A DNA stretch of 64,000 nucleotides from Botryllus schlosseri (Eukaryota). Shown here in pieces: positions 12,201-25,288 of the stretch; the first letter of the stretch is position 1; every line of letters starts with the position of its first letter. The stretch is taken from the NCBI GenBank assembly GCA_051294905.1, contig CM119386.1, forward strand, positions 8,494,001 to 8,558,000, written 5' to 3'. The translations under genes and the position numbers were made by a program. The notes beneath the pieces were generated by a model. That model was not told where the DNA came from and made no database searches. It saw only the letters and a list, made by a program, of their open reading frames with translations.

Positions 12201-14152
12201 TGTAATTGGCAATCCGCGTTGGGTCACTTCCGGTGGCGTATCAGATCCAGCAGACCATGTTGCGGACTCATATACTGGAACGGAGTTGACAGATGTTGGT
12301 GCGTGACTCGCCTTATACTCAAATGTAACACCCGGGTCGTTTGTAGTCTGCAGATAATTCCCACCTGATAGCCTTTGTGTATTAGGTTCTGCTGTGTCGT
12401 CATTCGCACTTTCGGTGAAATTACTGAGCACCATCGCATCTTTTTCTGACATTTGGGTTGTTGACATAACATGAGATCCTGGTTCTGATTGGAATGGTGA
12501 TTTATGAGAACCCAGCTCCGCGTTGCCAGACATCAGTTCATTCCGATCATAATCCCAATCGCGCGACGGGTCAGTTTGGCTGGTCATTTCAGAAATCAGG
12601 TTTTGCGCAGACGACCTGAACCCAAGAGGCAACGTCAATATTTTATTCACATACGGACCACTGCTTGTAGATGAATCAGTTTCTGTGATAATCGTGGACG
12701 ATCTATCTGTAACCATAGCGCCGCCTCCCATGGACAAAGGAAAAGTGAAAATATCAGCGATTGTACTATTGGAATCTGGTGTGCGTCTATCACTTGTCGT
12801 TGGCGTTTCCGTATTGCGTCCAGAATCCGCGTCTTTCGTCAATTCATTGGGTTTGAACATCGGTGTACTTGACTGCGTAAACTTCTGCATATTTGAAGTA
12901 TCAACTTTAGGCCCGTGCGTCGACGCAAAAGCGGCATTTCGCAATTCAATCAAACTATCGAGCATGGTTGACCTCGCGGTTTGAACATTTGTGAGCGGTT
13001 CCGGAGACGGGGTTCTCGATTCGCCCTTATCCTCTGAATCGCTGAGGACTGTCGTCGGTATTTCATGTCGCACTGTAGTCTGTGGCTGTTTCGTCTCTCC
13101 AAAGCCTAGCCCAACGCTTTCCGGGTGTAAATGAGCATTGCTATAGTTGACCTGATGACCAGGCCTACTCTCTTGATCGTTTCTATCTGTCACGCTATAG
13201 CTCGGCGTTGATAATATACCGTGTGTCAGATCGGTGATTGATGGATTACCACTTTTATTTTCGAATACCAGCTCGTTTCTTGTGGCTAAGTTAGTAACAG
13301 TGTCCACATTTAGCTCGGAGTTTGCATACAATGAATATTCAGTCGCTGGATGCTCAGTGGCATTACGGAAGCGGGCTATTGACGAAAAATTGAATAATCC
13401 ATTCTCTGCTGATGTCGGCATGCTTAATTCTTTGGCGGTTTTTTTCGAAGTTTCCCCGTCATAAGGATTTTGAAGCGAGCTGAACGACATATTGAAAGGG
13501 ACATCCGAGAGTGAATTAATGCCGACTTGTTGATCTGACAATATAATAGACTGATCAGTTTCGGTAATGTTGTCGAACTCTTGACTGCGTTGATCCATTG
13601 TAATCCTGGTATTAGGCGATGATCGCCGTGATGTAAAGAATATTGTACTACCAGTTTCATAATCATTTGGATACTTTGAGGTCGGGAATGCACGACTATT
13701 AGGAATGGTATGTATCCTATTGGTATCAATTGGTGACGTGTTAGGTGTTGTTTCATCAAAGACAAATTGCGCGAAAGCTTGATCCTTGTATCCGGGGTAA
13801 GGTGCGGAGTTAGCCACCGTACTCAGCGTGATATCTGGAGAGGTCATGGCCAATTCTTTTGAAGTATACGTGAAAGTGGTGTGGTAATTTGTCGTAGCTG
13901 GATCGCTGTTTTGTATCGAGTCCGCGTTATTTCTTGGTGTATGCTGCACCGCAAAGGAACCTTCTGTATTTGTCACCGCATGGTTGTCATCGAAATCCGA
14001 CGGAGACTGGAAATTCCGTCCAATACGAGCAGCTATTTCACTGGAATCAGTGTGACTCTGCGCTGGCTCAGCTTGGATTGAGTTGACGTTGACACGCATC
14101 GGTGATTCTATGATGAATAGAGAGCTTTCATCAACGGGGGTGACAATGTAAT
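9201..14152 (-). CDS. Giant Ser/Thr/Glu-rich mucin-like exon (~1650 codons), probably the stalk of the olfactomedin protein
   Basis: 1632-aa stop-free ORF (9201-14099) extends upstream to a phase-1 acceptor (ttgtaag|AT at 14152) that matches the preceding EGF exon. Low-complexity S/T/P/E composition, many N-x-S/T sequons, internal ~76-aa repeats. Confidence 0.85.
10960..11870 (-). repeat. Coding tandem repeat, four ~225-231 bp (~76 aa) units inside the mucin exon
   Basis: Anchor TGATTCATC(A/G)AA recurs near 11160, 11388, 11618 and 11840. Peptide unit ESFDESSSREK..Q..ES...EYTSGG..HRF.QS.E...TS..VQSETF..ID..TTTP...EVLY. Confidence 0.9.
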
Positions 14153-14377
14153 CTTACAACCAGTGAATACCGAATCAAAATATTTTTGCCGACACACTTT
14201 TTTCGCTGGGAAATAAAGAATTGGTACAATTCACGGTAAGAATACCGTATAATTACGTTACGGGCGCAGAATGTATGTACGCTTTCAGTTCATGTCCAAT
14301 TTCCGATTCACTTCCAACAACTAACTAATCAAGGATATGAAGCGATACAATAAATCCATTCAAACTCAATCGCATAC

Positions 14378-17093
14378 CCGCGACGTCAGTGCTCTGAACT
14401 GCATCGGCAATCTGGCATTGGTATCCTCCATCGATTGTTTGGCAGACGGAATCATCGGCGCAGCGATCCGCAAAGTCGCAATCGTAATCTGAAAATTTTT
14501 ATCTTTCTGTTGCGGACATTGCTAGAGAAATGTGTATTCCGTCCCATACCAGGAACACTTGTATGTACGTATTTAAACTATATGTATCCCCATATTTTTC
14601 AAGATAACTTAACTTACACGAGGTTATACAATATAGATAGGCAATATAGTATTTTCTCAATATTTATTACTCATTATTTTGCTACAGCCATCATATTATT
14701 TTTCCTATTTAATGATTAATATTTATTACATCATTTGACTCGTCCTATGCAGTATTCTTTGTGTTATAGGTATTCACGATTTACTGACATTTAGAATCAC
14801 GTCATTACAGCTTTATCTCGCAAGCCGCAATTATATATCCTGTAACATTAGTTTTCCATAATTGATATATTCGTGATTTTATATTATATGTTTCTCTTCT
14901 TTAACACATTTGTTATAAATATATTCGGTCATTGACATCAATCGAATATTTCTTCGTAATCGCTTATGCGTCAATTTCAATATCGCAATTCGATATCATG
15001 TCAGGATTCAAATCGACCAATCATATATTCAATACGACGACAAGTATACTAATTCTCAAAACTTATCTGATGTGAACAGCCGGTGTTACCACCCAACATA
15101 CCAATGAACTGGAGGCTGTCGCAGAGTGGGGAATCTGTATGTCTGCAGTATACTAGAACTGCATTTTTGAGACGAAATGAACAATCCTCTTCATCGAGCT
15201 CCCCGCAGTTCAATATGTCAGCAATGTATCTCCTGTATTCTAAAATAATTAAATCATGGAAATTGATGGTCCTGGAAGTCCAGCAGGAGCGTGCAGAAAA
15301 AATCAGTAAATAAAGATGATGAGTGGGATTATCCTTGATCGGTGGATAATCCAATAATTTTCATCGAAAAACTGGAATAACTCCGCTTCTACGGCCTGGA
15401 ATTGAGTAAAATTTGTTTTGCATAGTCTTTGAAGACAGCCGAACAATTTCATGGGGTTGGCAGAAAAATTTGAAAAAAAATTTTTTTTTGCGTTTCTGGG
15501 CAAATTCAAAATTTTCAAACTCTACGTAAACCGCGAATATTGGTTGGAATGAATTCAAATTTGGTATGCGTCGTTTTTTAAAGGCAACCTAACGATTTAA
15601 TCACGTAGCCCGCAAGATTAAGGAAAAAAGGTTATTTTTGAACCGCCCTAGTGGGGATAAGTGGCAGGAAGTGTTCAGTCTTTTCTTAAGACACACGAAA
15701 CTATAGTTTCACTGCAACGATAAGGTGGTTAATCGATGATCAAAGTCTCCTTTTTCGTTTACCTGTCACATCTACGTGTCAGCGAACCTACACTTTTAGT
15801 GAAAAGAGTGTAGATTTACACCCTAAAGGTGGTATAGGAAAATAGAATTCAGAAACTCGGTCCTCGTAGTCTAGATCGAACATTCAACCGGAGTTGTTGG
15901 CGACTGAACAGCATTACTTCATTTGTGTTTTTCAATTCAGAGCCAATCATCATTATCAATTGGCGTTTTTTCTTTGTCCGTAAATATTCAATCTTTTGGT
16001 TGTTTCGCGAAAGAGACGGCTGCGATTAATCCATGGTTTAAAGCAGTGGTTCTTAACCCGTTTCGAGAATTGCCTAGGTCTGGTGCCCTCGATATTTTAA
16101 GGACCGCAGTAAAAACAAGGGGTCGAAGTCCGGTCGGTCTTTTCGGCTTGGGACTTCACTATTGGAAATAGCTTGAAATGCGCTCGAGGGCCACTCGACT
16201 AATTAACGCTATAAGCCTAATAATTGTATAATGTATATGCTATATTCGGGATCACATCAAGGTTATTATAACAACTATCGGGTACGGACTCATACATAAG
16301 AAATATTCTAAAGATTTAATTTTGCAGCTCTCAAATACAAGTATACTTAGTTTATAATCACTCTCAAAAGTGGTACAGTGCCTCTTTCTTCGATTTCAAC
16401 ATGCTATGCGCTGCAGGATAAAATACCTATAGGCGCTATAGGCATATAGTTCGAAACAATTTTGCGGAAAATAAGCCGAGCTAGCGTGACGAAACTGTTT
16501 CACAGGCTACGCGCAATTCATTTTACACGAATTTCATTAAACCACTGCATTCATGGAAACATGTTGCGAACAATATCGGTGTATATTTAGGGGTGATTCT
16601 GAGGTAGCTATAGGTTCTGTATTCGTGTACCACCTTTTGGGTGTGGATACACTTACACATACACATACACACTCATTTCTCTACTTTTCTATCAGGCCGT
16701 AAGTTACCACCCAGCCACTTGATCATGTGCTTGAGACACCAAATATAGCAAATTCGGTACAAACGCGTGGTAACTATTGACGATCGAACGACTATAGTCG
16801 TCGATGTTTTAACTACTACAATACAATTGTCGTACTTAAAATCACTTTGGCATGCTGATTTAGGTCAAATGGGAAGAAATACAGTGACGCTTGCAGATGA
16901 TACATATAGCGACAAGGATTTCTAACGAAAATATCATTTGCTCAATGTATCTTGGGTACATCCGTCTGATTATATGAGCTTACGACTTACCGAATGCAAA
17001 CACATGCAGTTGCATGTAGTGTTGTGCTATCAAGAGAATTAAACAATTCTTCATGAGCCGCAGTATATTATTCGTCATTGATAGCAGCGCCAT
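14378..17093 (-). CDS. 5' coding exons of the mucin/olfactomedin gene: signal-peptide exon 17093(or 17054)-16991, Cys-rich exon 15239-15102, EGF-like exon 14488-14378
   Basis: MKNCLILLIAQHYMQLHVFAF ends at strong donor TCG|gtaagt (phase 1). Next EYRRYIADILNCGELDEEDC...LCDSLQFI (donor G|gtatgt), then DYDCDFADRCADDSVCQTIDGGYQCQ (EGF-like Cys/Gly pattern; donor G|gtatgc). All junctions are phase 1 and in frame. Confidence 0.75.
15320..15650. mobile_element. 5'-truncated copy of the TAGGGCTGTTC hAT MITE family
   Basis: Matches 21017-21469 internally and ends gttatttttgaaccgcccta; no left TIR seen. Confidence 0.65.
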
Positions 17094-17603
17094 CAATAGA
17101 AGGTATTCAGAAATGGATCTTTGCGTTCCCACCCATCGACCTTGGTGAGGGAGTGTATGCGATTGTGCACTTCCTTGACAAGTAAGTTCTGTACGGTGTC
17201 ATCTAAAAACAGATCTCGGAAAAGTATACAGTATATAGTACAGGGATTCTTAAGGTATGGGTCTCGCAGTCACCACTATCCAAACATGGGTCACGAATGA
17301 TATAATTTTGGATCGCGACGGCACCAGAGGGGAGCGAGCTCGGAAGCGACCCAAAATTATTTCGTAAATCCACTAAAATTATATAGAGTATTTTTTCGGT
17401 AGCAATATTTAACTTGAAAGTTTTCTACGCACGATTACATGTTGATACATCTCGTAATTTTAATTCGACCAAAATGAGACTATACGTGAAGTGTGAGAGA
17501 GAGATATGATATTTTTTTCGCCTGCACCATCGAGATGCTTTGACGACGGAGTTGCGATACGGCTCTGAGGTCATCTAGTCTGCGCCCCCGTTGTTTTTTT
17601 TCT

Positions 17604-17742
17604 CCTCCATGCTATACGTGAATGCTGAGCGCCTAGCAGGATAGCTGCTGATACCAATTTTCGAGTCTTTGGTATGACCCGGCCGGGGATCGAACCCACG
17701 ACCTACCGATCGAGAAGCCGGACACATAACCATTACACTACC
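17604..17742 (-). mobile_element. tRNA-derived SINE 5' portion (family B relative)
   Basis: Reverse strand reads ggtagtgtaatggtt (A box)...gggttcgatcccc (B box)...gggtcataccaaagactcgaaaattggtatc...ctgctaggcgctcagcattc. Confidence 0.8.
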
Positions 17743-17898
17743 TCGCCTGTGCTGTCAATCACATCGGCGCCGAGAAAAGCTTTGCCGAAAAAGACCGCTG
17801 TATGTTGACCTAGGCCGTCGATATATGTATTGGATACGTATTTAACCATTAAAGCAACGTGTGGCTCACGAAGGAAAGAGCCTATATAGTAAATAGAC

Positions 17899-19989
17899 CA
17901 GTGGTTCTTAACCTTTTTTCCTCCAGCGCCCCCTTTCAAAAATTATCGTGCTCCAGCGCCCCCCCCCAACTTCATAATGTAAGGAATGTAATAAAGACAA
18001 TGAGTAAGAGGGAGGGCCGTAACAGGACGTCGTCAACCCCCTAAAAACGATTGCCTTGCGCACCCATAGCGTGATAAACCGAACTTCTGAGGGCTTCGCC
18101 CCAACGAACCCCCTATCGTGATTTCGATGGTACCCCCACCACTACCCTATTCCTACCCCACCCACCACCACTCCACCAAATTTATATGAAAAACACACGC
18201 AAACGAGCGCCAAGTACTGGCGCGGTTCCTACTACGACCGCAACCAAGAATCGAAACGAATCGACCTCGACTGCTGCGATGAGATGAGCCGAGCGACTAC
18301 GAGCGCCAACTTACGACAGCGTCTACCACGACCGCGAATACAAATCCGACTTCGGCAACGGCTGAGATGAGATGACCCGATGATGGGGAAAGATTTTCTT
18401 TATGAAATTTTTGATATTTTATGTACATATTTGAATAAACATATCTAAAACGGTCGCCCTAGGTACCAAAATTTTCTATAATGCATGAATGAATAGGTGG
18501 TAATTACATATATAAGTCGCGATAAACTGAGTGAGCTGTTGTATAGGAAGATAAAGGGCACGTAATTAATAATTAAACATATTCGGGCGTGCCTGCAGGT
18601 ACAATTATTCGTTACCAGGGCCGTAACAGCACTTCGTCAGCCCCCCTAACAAAAAAACGTTGGTCCTGGGCCCCCATCGGGTGATAAACCAAGCGTCCGG
18701 GGGGCTTCATTCCCAGACCCCCATTAGGCTGTCCTCTATTTGCTGAAAGCCTGCTAGGTATCTACATTGGGTGTCCATTTACTGAGGCAGCTATTCTCGC
18801 CTAGTCGCGCGAAGCGCGAAAAATTTAACTAATTAATGATTGAATTGGACAATATCATCGGGAATTGCATGTAAATTGAGATTAATTTTCATCCTCTCTC
18901 TGCTCACGTAAACACATTTACCGGTAGAGCTGAGTGAGGTGCAATGTTCCCTCTAAGCTGCGCTCGTGCGCAGTGCTGACACGGTCTCTGCGCACAGAAA
19001 ATCTACGTTGCGCACAACAAATCCGAAGTTATTACCTTTTTTTAGTGGATACGCACTGTTGTCCAGGGGTCAGCACAGCGAGTTGTTGAGTGTGCGCAAA
19101 CTCATCAAAACTTAAAGCGAACATTGTGAGGTTTCTTGGAAACTGTAGGGCCCGTTACTAATAATTAAACATATTTGGGCGGGCGAACCCGTTGGTATGA
19201 CTTCGTTGCATGATGTTATTTCGTGTCTGTGGTATTTCGTGTCTGCAATATCAAAAAATATAGAATTGCTCAATGGGGATATCGCCCAACAGGAATATCC
19301 CTGTCGCCCAATCGTACTAAACTAAAAGACGCACACGATTTCAGATTGGTATTTCTTCACTGACATATAATTTTTCCCTGCCAGATGGAATTCGTCTTCT
19401 GGGGTTCAGATTGCCAAGACAGGAACATTCGGTGTCAGTCATTTAGGCGCCCATGGACAATTAAACCTAGGCCTATATGTATTTTGAAAGCTATATGTAA
19501 CGAAGTTTTCGGTGTTAATTTGCTCTGAATACTCATCATCCTCTCTCTGCTCACGTAAACACATTTACCGGTAGAGCTGAGTGAGGTGCAATGTTCCCTC
19601 TAATTTTCCCTCAATGTTCCCTGTTCCCTCTTCTTCACTGACATATAATTTTTCCCTGCCAGATGGAATTCGTCTTCTGGGGTTCAGATTGCCAAGACAG
19701 GAACATTCGGTGTCAGTCATTTAGGCGCCCATGGACAATTAAACCTATAGGCCTATATGTATTTTGAAAGCTATATGTAACGAAGTTTTCGGTGTTAATT
19801 TGCTCTGAATACTCATTAAGGATATGTCCTATCACCACATCATCTACTGCGAAGCCATTTTTCTCCAGCGCCCCCCATACCGCCCCCCTGAGCCCAGCGC
19901 CCCCCATATCGCCCCCTGAGCGTTTCCGCCCCCCTTCAAAATCGCCAGCGCCCCCTGGGGGGCGCTGGTGGCAAGGTTAAGAACCACTG
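17899..19989. mobile_element. hAT (Buster-like) non-autonomous element, 2091 bp, with nested insertions
   Basis: TIR cagtggttcttaacc / ggttaagaaccactg; perfect TSD aaatagac; GCGCCCCC subterminal arrays at both ends; no transposase ORF. Confidence 0.92.
18942..19126. mobile_element. hAT MITE, CAATGTTCCC family, nested in 17899-19989
   Basis: TIR caatgttccctctaag / cttaaagcgaacattg; flanks gtgaggtg / tgaggttt (imperfect TSD). Homologous to 21686, 25870 and 35210. Confidence 0.8.
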
Positions 19990-21016
19990 AAATAGACTAT
20001 ACTCATCGTCATCAGTCTCCTCAGGCTTTTTACATTGTGCTTCACTATGTGTTGTCTCGCTGCAATTACATGTTGCATCACTAAAGCTAATAACGCCATT
20101 AAACTCGAACTGAGGACATTTTCTGATCTTAAGCACATCTGGATTATGCACAAATTATATTGGCAACATGCGTGTTAGCTTTAGTAATGATTAATTAGCG
20201 CGATCATAGCTGAGGCTCGACCAGCTTCTGCATACACTATAAGTCTATATTTTGCCCTGTTCGTGAACACCATGAATGCACAAAGTTCATGAAGATCAGT
20301 AGTTACATATCCATCATTGAATGCTATCAATATAATGGGAGGAACTGTCTTCCTTGCCTCCCATGATCGCACGTCCTTGTGGGAGGGTATCTAGATATAT
20401 TCGCTGACCCTGTTGAGTAGGTCTACAACTATTCTTCCCGCCGCTATCATAGAGCTTTATAGACCGAGCCTATCACATCTCTCTGTCTTATATCAATCGG
20501 AAAATTGTTGTCACAATCGCACAACACCCCGAGAGGAAAGAATGCACTTTGCGCGTCTCAGATCTTTGTAGCCTACTTGCCCGACGCAGACCGTGACCGC
20601 TCTCGTGCAGTAGCCTACCAGTGCAGTATTTCAACTGTAGCCGCGAGTCGACTGAAGTCTACGTCATTTCAAAGCAATGAGCCAATAGTTTATAAGTATA
20701 TACCTGATTATCTGATACGAACAAGATAAAAGCTAAAACAGCATTAAACGAACCGCTTTTGTAGCCTGCATATGGTGTTGTATACCAGTGGTTCCGCGGT
20801 CCGCGACGACTTTCAAGATGCAATATGTTGAAGACTCGTTCATTGATAAAATAAATAAAACATCGAATTCCAAACTAATGCAGAACTTCGTGAAGTAACA
20901 TCAGGTCCGGACACATGTTCGATTTGACTTGATATTCAAGCCGTGTCATTAGACGACACGCAAGCGACAAATACGGAGCTGACTCGTTAAACCGCGCATG
21001 CAGCTTGCATGATCAT

Positions 21017-21469
21017 TAGGGCTGTTCAAAAATAACAATTTTTCCCCGATTCCAGTTATTCACTGATTAAATTGTTATGTTACCCTAAAATACGCTGCAC
21101 ACCAAATTTGGTTCAATTCTAACAAGTATAGTATAATTTCCAATTTTTATGCCAACCCCATAAAATCAAGGTTAATCCGAGGATTATCAACGAAAAACTG
21201 AAATAACTACGCTTCTACTGCTTGGAATTGAGTCAAATTTGGTTTGTATCGTCTTTGAAGACAGCTCAACAATTTTATGGGGTTGGCAGAAAAATTGGAA
21301 TTTTTTTCAAATTTTCCCTAGTAAATTAAAAATTTTAATTGGATCTGCGGAGTCCTATACTTAAAAGAATTGAACCAAATTTGGTGTGCAGCGTTTTTTA
21401 GGGTAACCTGACAATTTAATCAGTGAACGGCTGGAATCGGGGAAAAAGGGTTATTTTTGAACAGCCCTA
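21017..21469. mobile_element. hAT MITE, TAGGGCTGTTC family
   Basis: TIR tagggctgttcaaaaataac / gttatttttgaacagcccta; perfect palindromic TSD atgatcat; long internal inverted similarity. Confidence 0.92.
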
Positions 21470-21685
21470 ATGATCATTCGTTTTTTATTCATACAATTTA
21501 TGAAGGACCGTAACTGCCGCACCCCAACCCCCCAGCTGGAGAGGGGTAGCGCATGAAAGGGGCCCAAATTATTTCGTGAATGAACACAAATTATAGGGCA
21601 TTTTTTTGAAACATAATCTAACTTTTTTTCAAATTCACTGAACGTCTTGATTATTGGGCGCCTTACCCTAGTAAATACTCATGAT

Positions 21686-21878
21686 CAATGTTCCCTCTAA
21701 TTTTTCACGAGTCTGCGCGCACTCTCCAACTCACTGCGCAGTCCCTTGGATAACAGTGCGCGACGACTAAAAAAAAGTCTTCGGCTTTCTTGTGCGCGGC
21801 ACACGTTTTTCTGTGCGCGGCGACTCTGTCAGCAGTGCGCGGCCACGCACGCACGCGCGCAGCTTAGAGGGAACATTG
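21686..21878. mobile_element. hAT MITE, CAATGTTCCC family
   Basis: TIR caatgttccctctaa / ttagagggaacattg; TSD ctcatgat / ctaatgat (7/8). Confidence 0.9.
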
Positions 21879-22881
21879 CTAATGATTTATAGAACTACGC
21901 ATTTCGGCGTCAACCATTTCCGCGCCAACACATGATGAAGTGTAGGCTAATATAAGACTCCGAGAAAATGTGCCGAAAACTCGCCAACGAGAAAACATTG
22001 GCCGAAAAGGACTGCCCTATGTTGACAATATATTGACAATATATTTAGTTATTTACCTACTAGGCTACTTTGGGAGGCAATTGTACTTATTTTTGTAGCA
22101 GTTGGGGTACAAAAATATTTGGGCGTCAATTTCGTGTCCCCTTAATTCTTGGCGACATTTTTGCCTCCGTTGCTGTCGTCTGATCAGCAAATCCGTTCGG
22201 GAACACGGTTATTTGTCCCTTATTCGCCCCTTACAAAAGAAACCAAGCCATAAAGTAGCAGGGATTTCGAGTTACAAGGGCGACATTTTCACCGGTGTAT
22301 ATACACAATCTTTTGAAAAGTGGCATTAACTGGACAACCAATAGCGGATGCTTTCTTCCGATTTTCACGTGTATAAAATGACACCGCTTTGCATACATGA
22401 TAGTTTTTGTTTAGGAATTACTCAGTTAAGAGCATTCCCGTATATATAGGGATTTTAAGCCCTTACACACTGTGTTAAAAATGACGACATAAAAAATGCT
22501 GACTACCGTTTTGTGATATGACGATTAAGGTGGCGCAAAATCTGTCACCGTCATAAGGGTGGGGCGTGTCTTGAAAAGTATGAGAACCACTGTTCTAAGG
22601 TAGGCCTACAATCCCTATATACTTCCTATATTATTTTTTATGATTAATTTCTGGCGCGACAGCCCGATCTCAAGGCCCACGCAGTTTAAAAGGTTTCAAC
22701 TGCTAAACATCACAGAAATCCTAAACGAGATTGACATAATTCGGATCATGAGTGAGATTTCAGATTGGCCCCTCCAGTTCTAATTATTTCAGTGATGTGC
22801 TACTAAAAAAGGATTCGCGTGTGCCATAGGTAGATTCGTTCTCTGTATGCGTAGACATTCGGTATTTATCTACACTCACAC

Positions 22882-22909
22882 ATAGATAGATAGATAGATA
22901 GATAGATAG
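22882..22909. repeat. (GATA)n microsatellite
   Basis: atagatagatagatagatagatagatag read directly. Confidence 0.9.
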
Positions 22910-23406
22910 TCTTTTATTCGTCACATCAATAAATAAAGAAGTATACGAAACAAATATTGCAGTATAGACTGGGAGACGACGAGGGGCCGTTAGGCCTTCA
23001 GAGTCAGTCGCCACCCGTTTGGAGTGTTTGATGCGTGTAACATATATATTAAATCACACACATATACGTAGAGTCAACATTCAGTAAATATACGACTAAC
23101 GACACGATATTAAGCTTTAATAAAAGTGTAATAAAGGATAACATTAGAACAAGCATTGCATAAAAGAAAAGAATCAACAGTACGTTTGGAGTAGATAATT
23201 TTTATATATTTTTTTAAACTGCCATGGTGGTATTAGTAGAAGCGTGTTTGAAGCTAACATGGTTATGATGTTGTCAGTAATCAAATAGATATACCAATAT
23301 TGCGTTTTGGTTTATAATCCCAATTTTATATAGTGCGGCCCGCGAATGGATTCAGATGTTGAATGCGGCCCGCGAGCTCAAAAGTTTGCCCACCCATGGA
23401 TTAAAG

Positions 23407-24058
23407 CAGGGCTGGCCAACCTTTTCAGCCAAAGGGCCACATTCGATTGACGAACTGATGCGCGGGCCACTAGCCGCGTGAAGCGCGAAAAATGTTTGAA
23501 CTTCACTGGTCCATAATATTGTCACCTGCCTATATTGCGGGCCTGCCGTATATCGCTGGACTCAGTTTGCAAGGACTGGGCTATCGGCATCTGGACATAT
23601 CGATATCGAAAGTTTCGACCAACATGCGTCAATCATTTTATTTATGCCTTGGTTTCATAGTCGATGGTCTGTCTGCGAGTGCAAACGCAAAGTCGCATAT
23701 GCTGAACGATCCTCTGTCTCGTGTACGCGAATATAGTTAGATTCAATCCGATACATTAGGCGTTCTTTTATTTTCACAAAGGGGCAACAATATTAATAGC
23801 AAGAAATCGAGTGACAGCATGTTGCGCGAAGCGTGTAGAAAATTTTTACTTTTGATAAATCATGGCTCATGGATCTGCCAATGCGTCGGAACTGATATTT
23901 TAGTCATCACATCTCAAGTGTTGGGGCTAGACTAATCAAATTTTTGGTTGGACTCACAAGTTCACAATCTATGCAATCCATTTTTGATAACATTAGAAAT
24001 TTCGGAAATTACCTCCCGGGCCACATGTGACCCGCGGGCCACGGGTTGGCCGGCCCTG
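23407..24058. mobile_element. hAT (Buster/Charlie-like) MITE abutting the 3' end of another hAT remnant (about 23330-23398)
   Basis: TIR cagggctggccaacc / gggttggccggccctg; TSD gattaaag / ggttaaag; GCGGCCC and GGGCCAC subterminal motifs. Confidence 0.85.
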
Positions 24059-24608
24059 GGTTAAAGCATGATATATATTCTGTTTTTCTGTAGTATGTCT
24101 CACACTCGATATATCGGGCTGATAGGTCGTTGATTTGCTGGTGTCAAGACCACTTGAAGATGCTCTGTCAGTTGCGAGCGTAACGCATGTACCTTATGTC
24201 AGTGATTCTCGACCTTTTTGCTTTGCGGACCCTTTTTGGACCGCCAACATATGGACTATAAGCCATCTGTTTCGTTCATCGTAATTTATGTGAAATATAT
24301 ATGTCATAGGCGTAAATACAATTTTACATATTGTTGGTATGTTTCTTCCTCGTAATTCATAAATCATTCAGTTTAGTGATATAACTTCATATAGCTTCTT
24401 ATACGAGTTGCATAATATTAGTTGTTTCGCTTGAAGTAGGCCTACAGTATGTCCATGTTGAAGTCGTTACTAGGAGAAGTATTATCTCTATTCAACTATC
24501 AAATGTCTACACCACATTTCATTTAATTGACTATTCGAGCAGAGCAATAATACCAAGTTCTGAATCAGGGGCGGGCAACATACGCTGTGGTTACTGTGAG
24601 CTATAAAC

Positions 24609-25040
24609 CAGTGATGAGCGGATAGTGCTTTTTGAGACTCCGAATCCCTCCGACAACTAGTGTCTGAGGAAAACTCCCTCCGACTCCGATGAATCTCGTC
24701 AAGTATCCGAAACAGTGGCAAGCATGGTACATGGTACATGTGATAATATGGTTGGTCTCATAGTATTGTTTACTCTCCAGTCCCCAATTGCAGCGCAGAT
24801 GGCTGATTTTTATGCGCTTGGCAATCATTTTTGCATGTTACCCGTCATATTACAACTTCACAAGGTGTCAACCGTCTGTGTTTTGGTTTGTAATCATAAT
24901 CAATAGTGTATTCTGGTCCGAGCTATCCAAAGATATCGGAGACAAAAGTTACAATACTCCGAAAAAATATCTGTAGTGAACTCCGACTCCGCTCCGACTG
25001 TCACAAAATCGGCAAAACTCCGCTCCGATGCTCATCACTG
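24609..25040. mobile_element. hAT MITE (CAGTGATGAGC termini) about 250 bp upstream of the E2 start codon
   Basis: TIR cagtgatgagcgga / tccgatgctcatcactg; perfect TSD ctataaac; ACTCCG repeats. Confidence 0.92.
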
Positions 25041-25288
25041 CTATAAACTATAGATAACTAACCTACGTAGGTTAGTTATCTATATATAAACACAGTAACG
25101 GCTCAGCTGACCAGAGAATTTTGTTCACTGAAGCAAAACCGTGTTTGTTATTGATCTGCAGATTGCTTAGCGGAAGTAAGCTAGTAGCTACTGAATAGTT
25201 GATGGAAAGCATGCCGATCGATTTCTATGAGCGTCCACTCTGTAAGAGAATTCGCCACCATGCTCTGTCGTAACATTTGACGACGACC

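Noticed and set aside
9973-13464. Plus-strand ORFs (244, 99, 76 and 75 aa) overlapping the mucin exon
   Set aside because: They are antisense shadows of a long S/T-rich coding exon and show no domain motifs.
19990-20140. Cys-containing open stretch CPQFEFNG...CNCSETTHSEAQCKKPEETDDD as an extra upstream exon of the mucin gene
   Set aside because: Its donor phase does not match any downstream acceptor found, and the gene already has a signal-peptide exon at 17093-16991.
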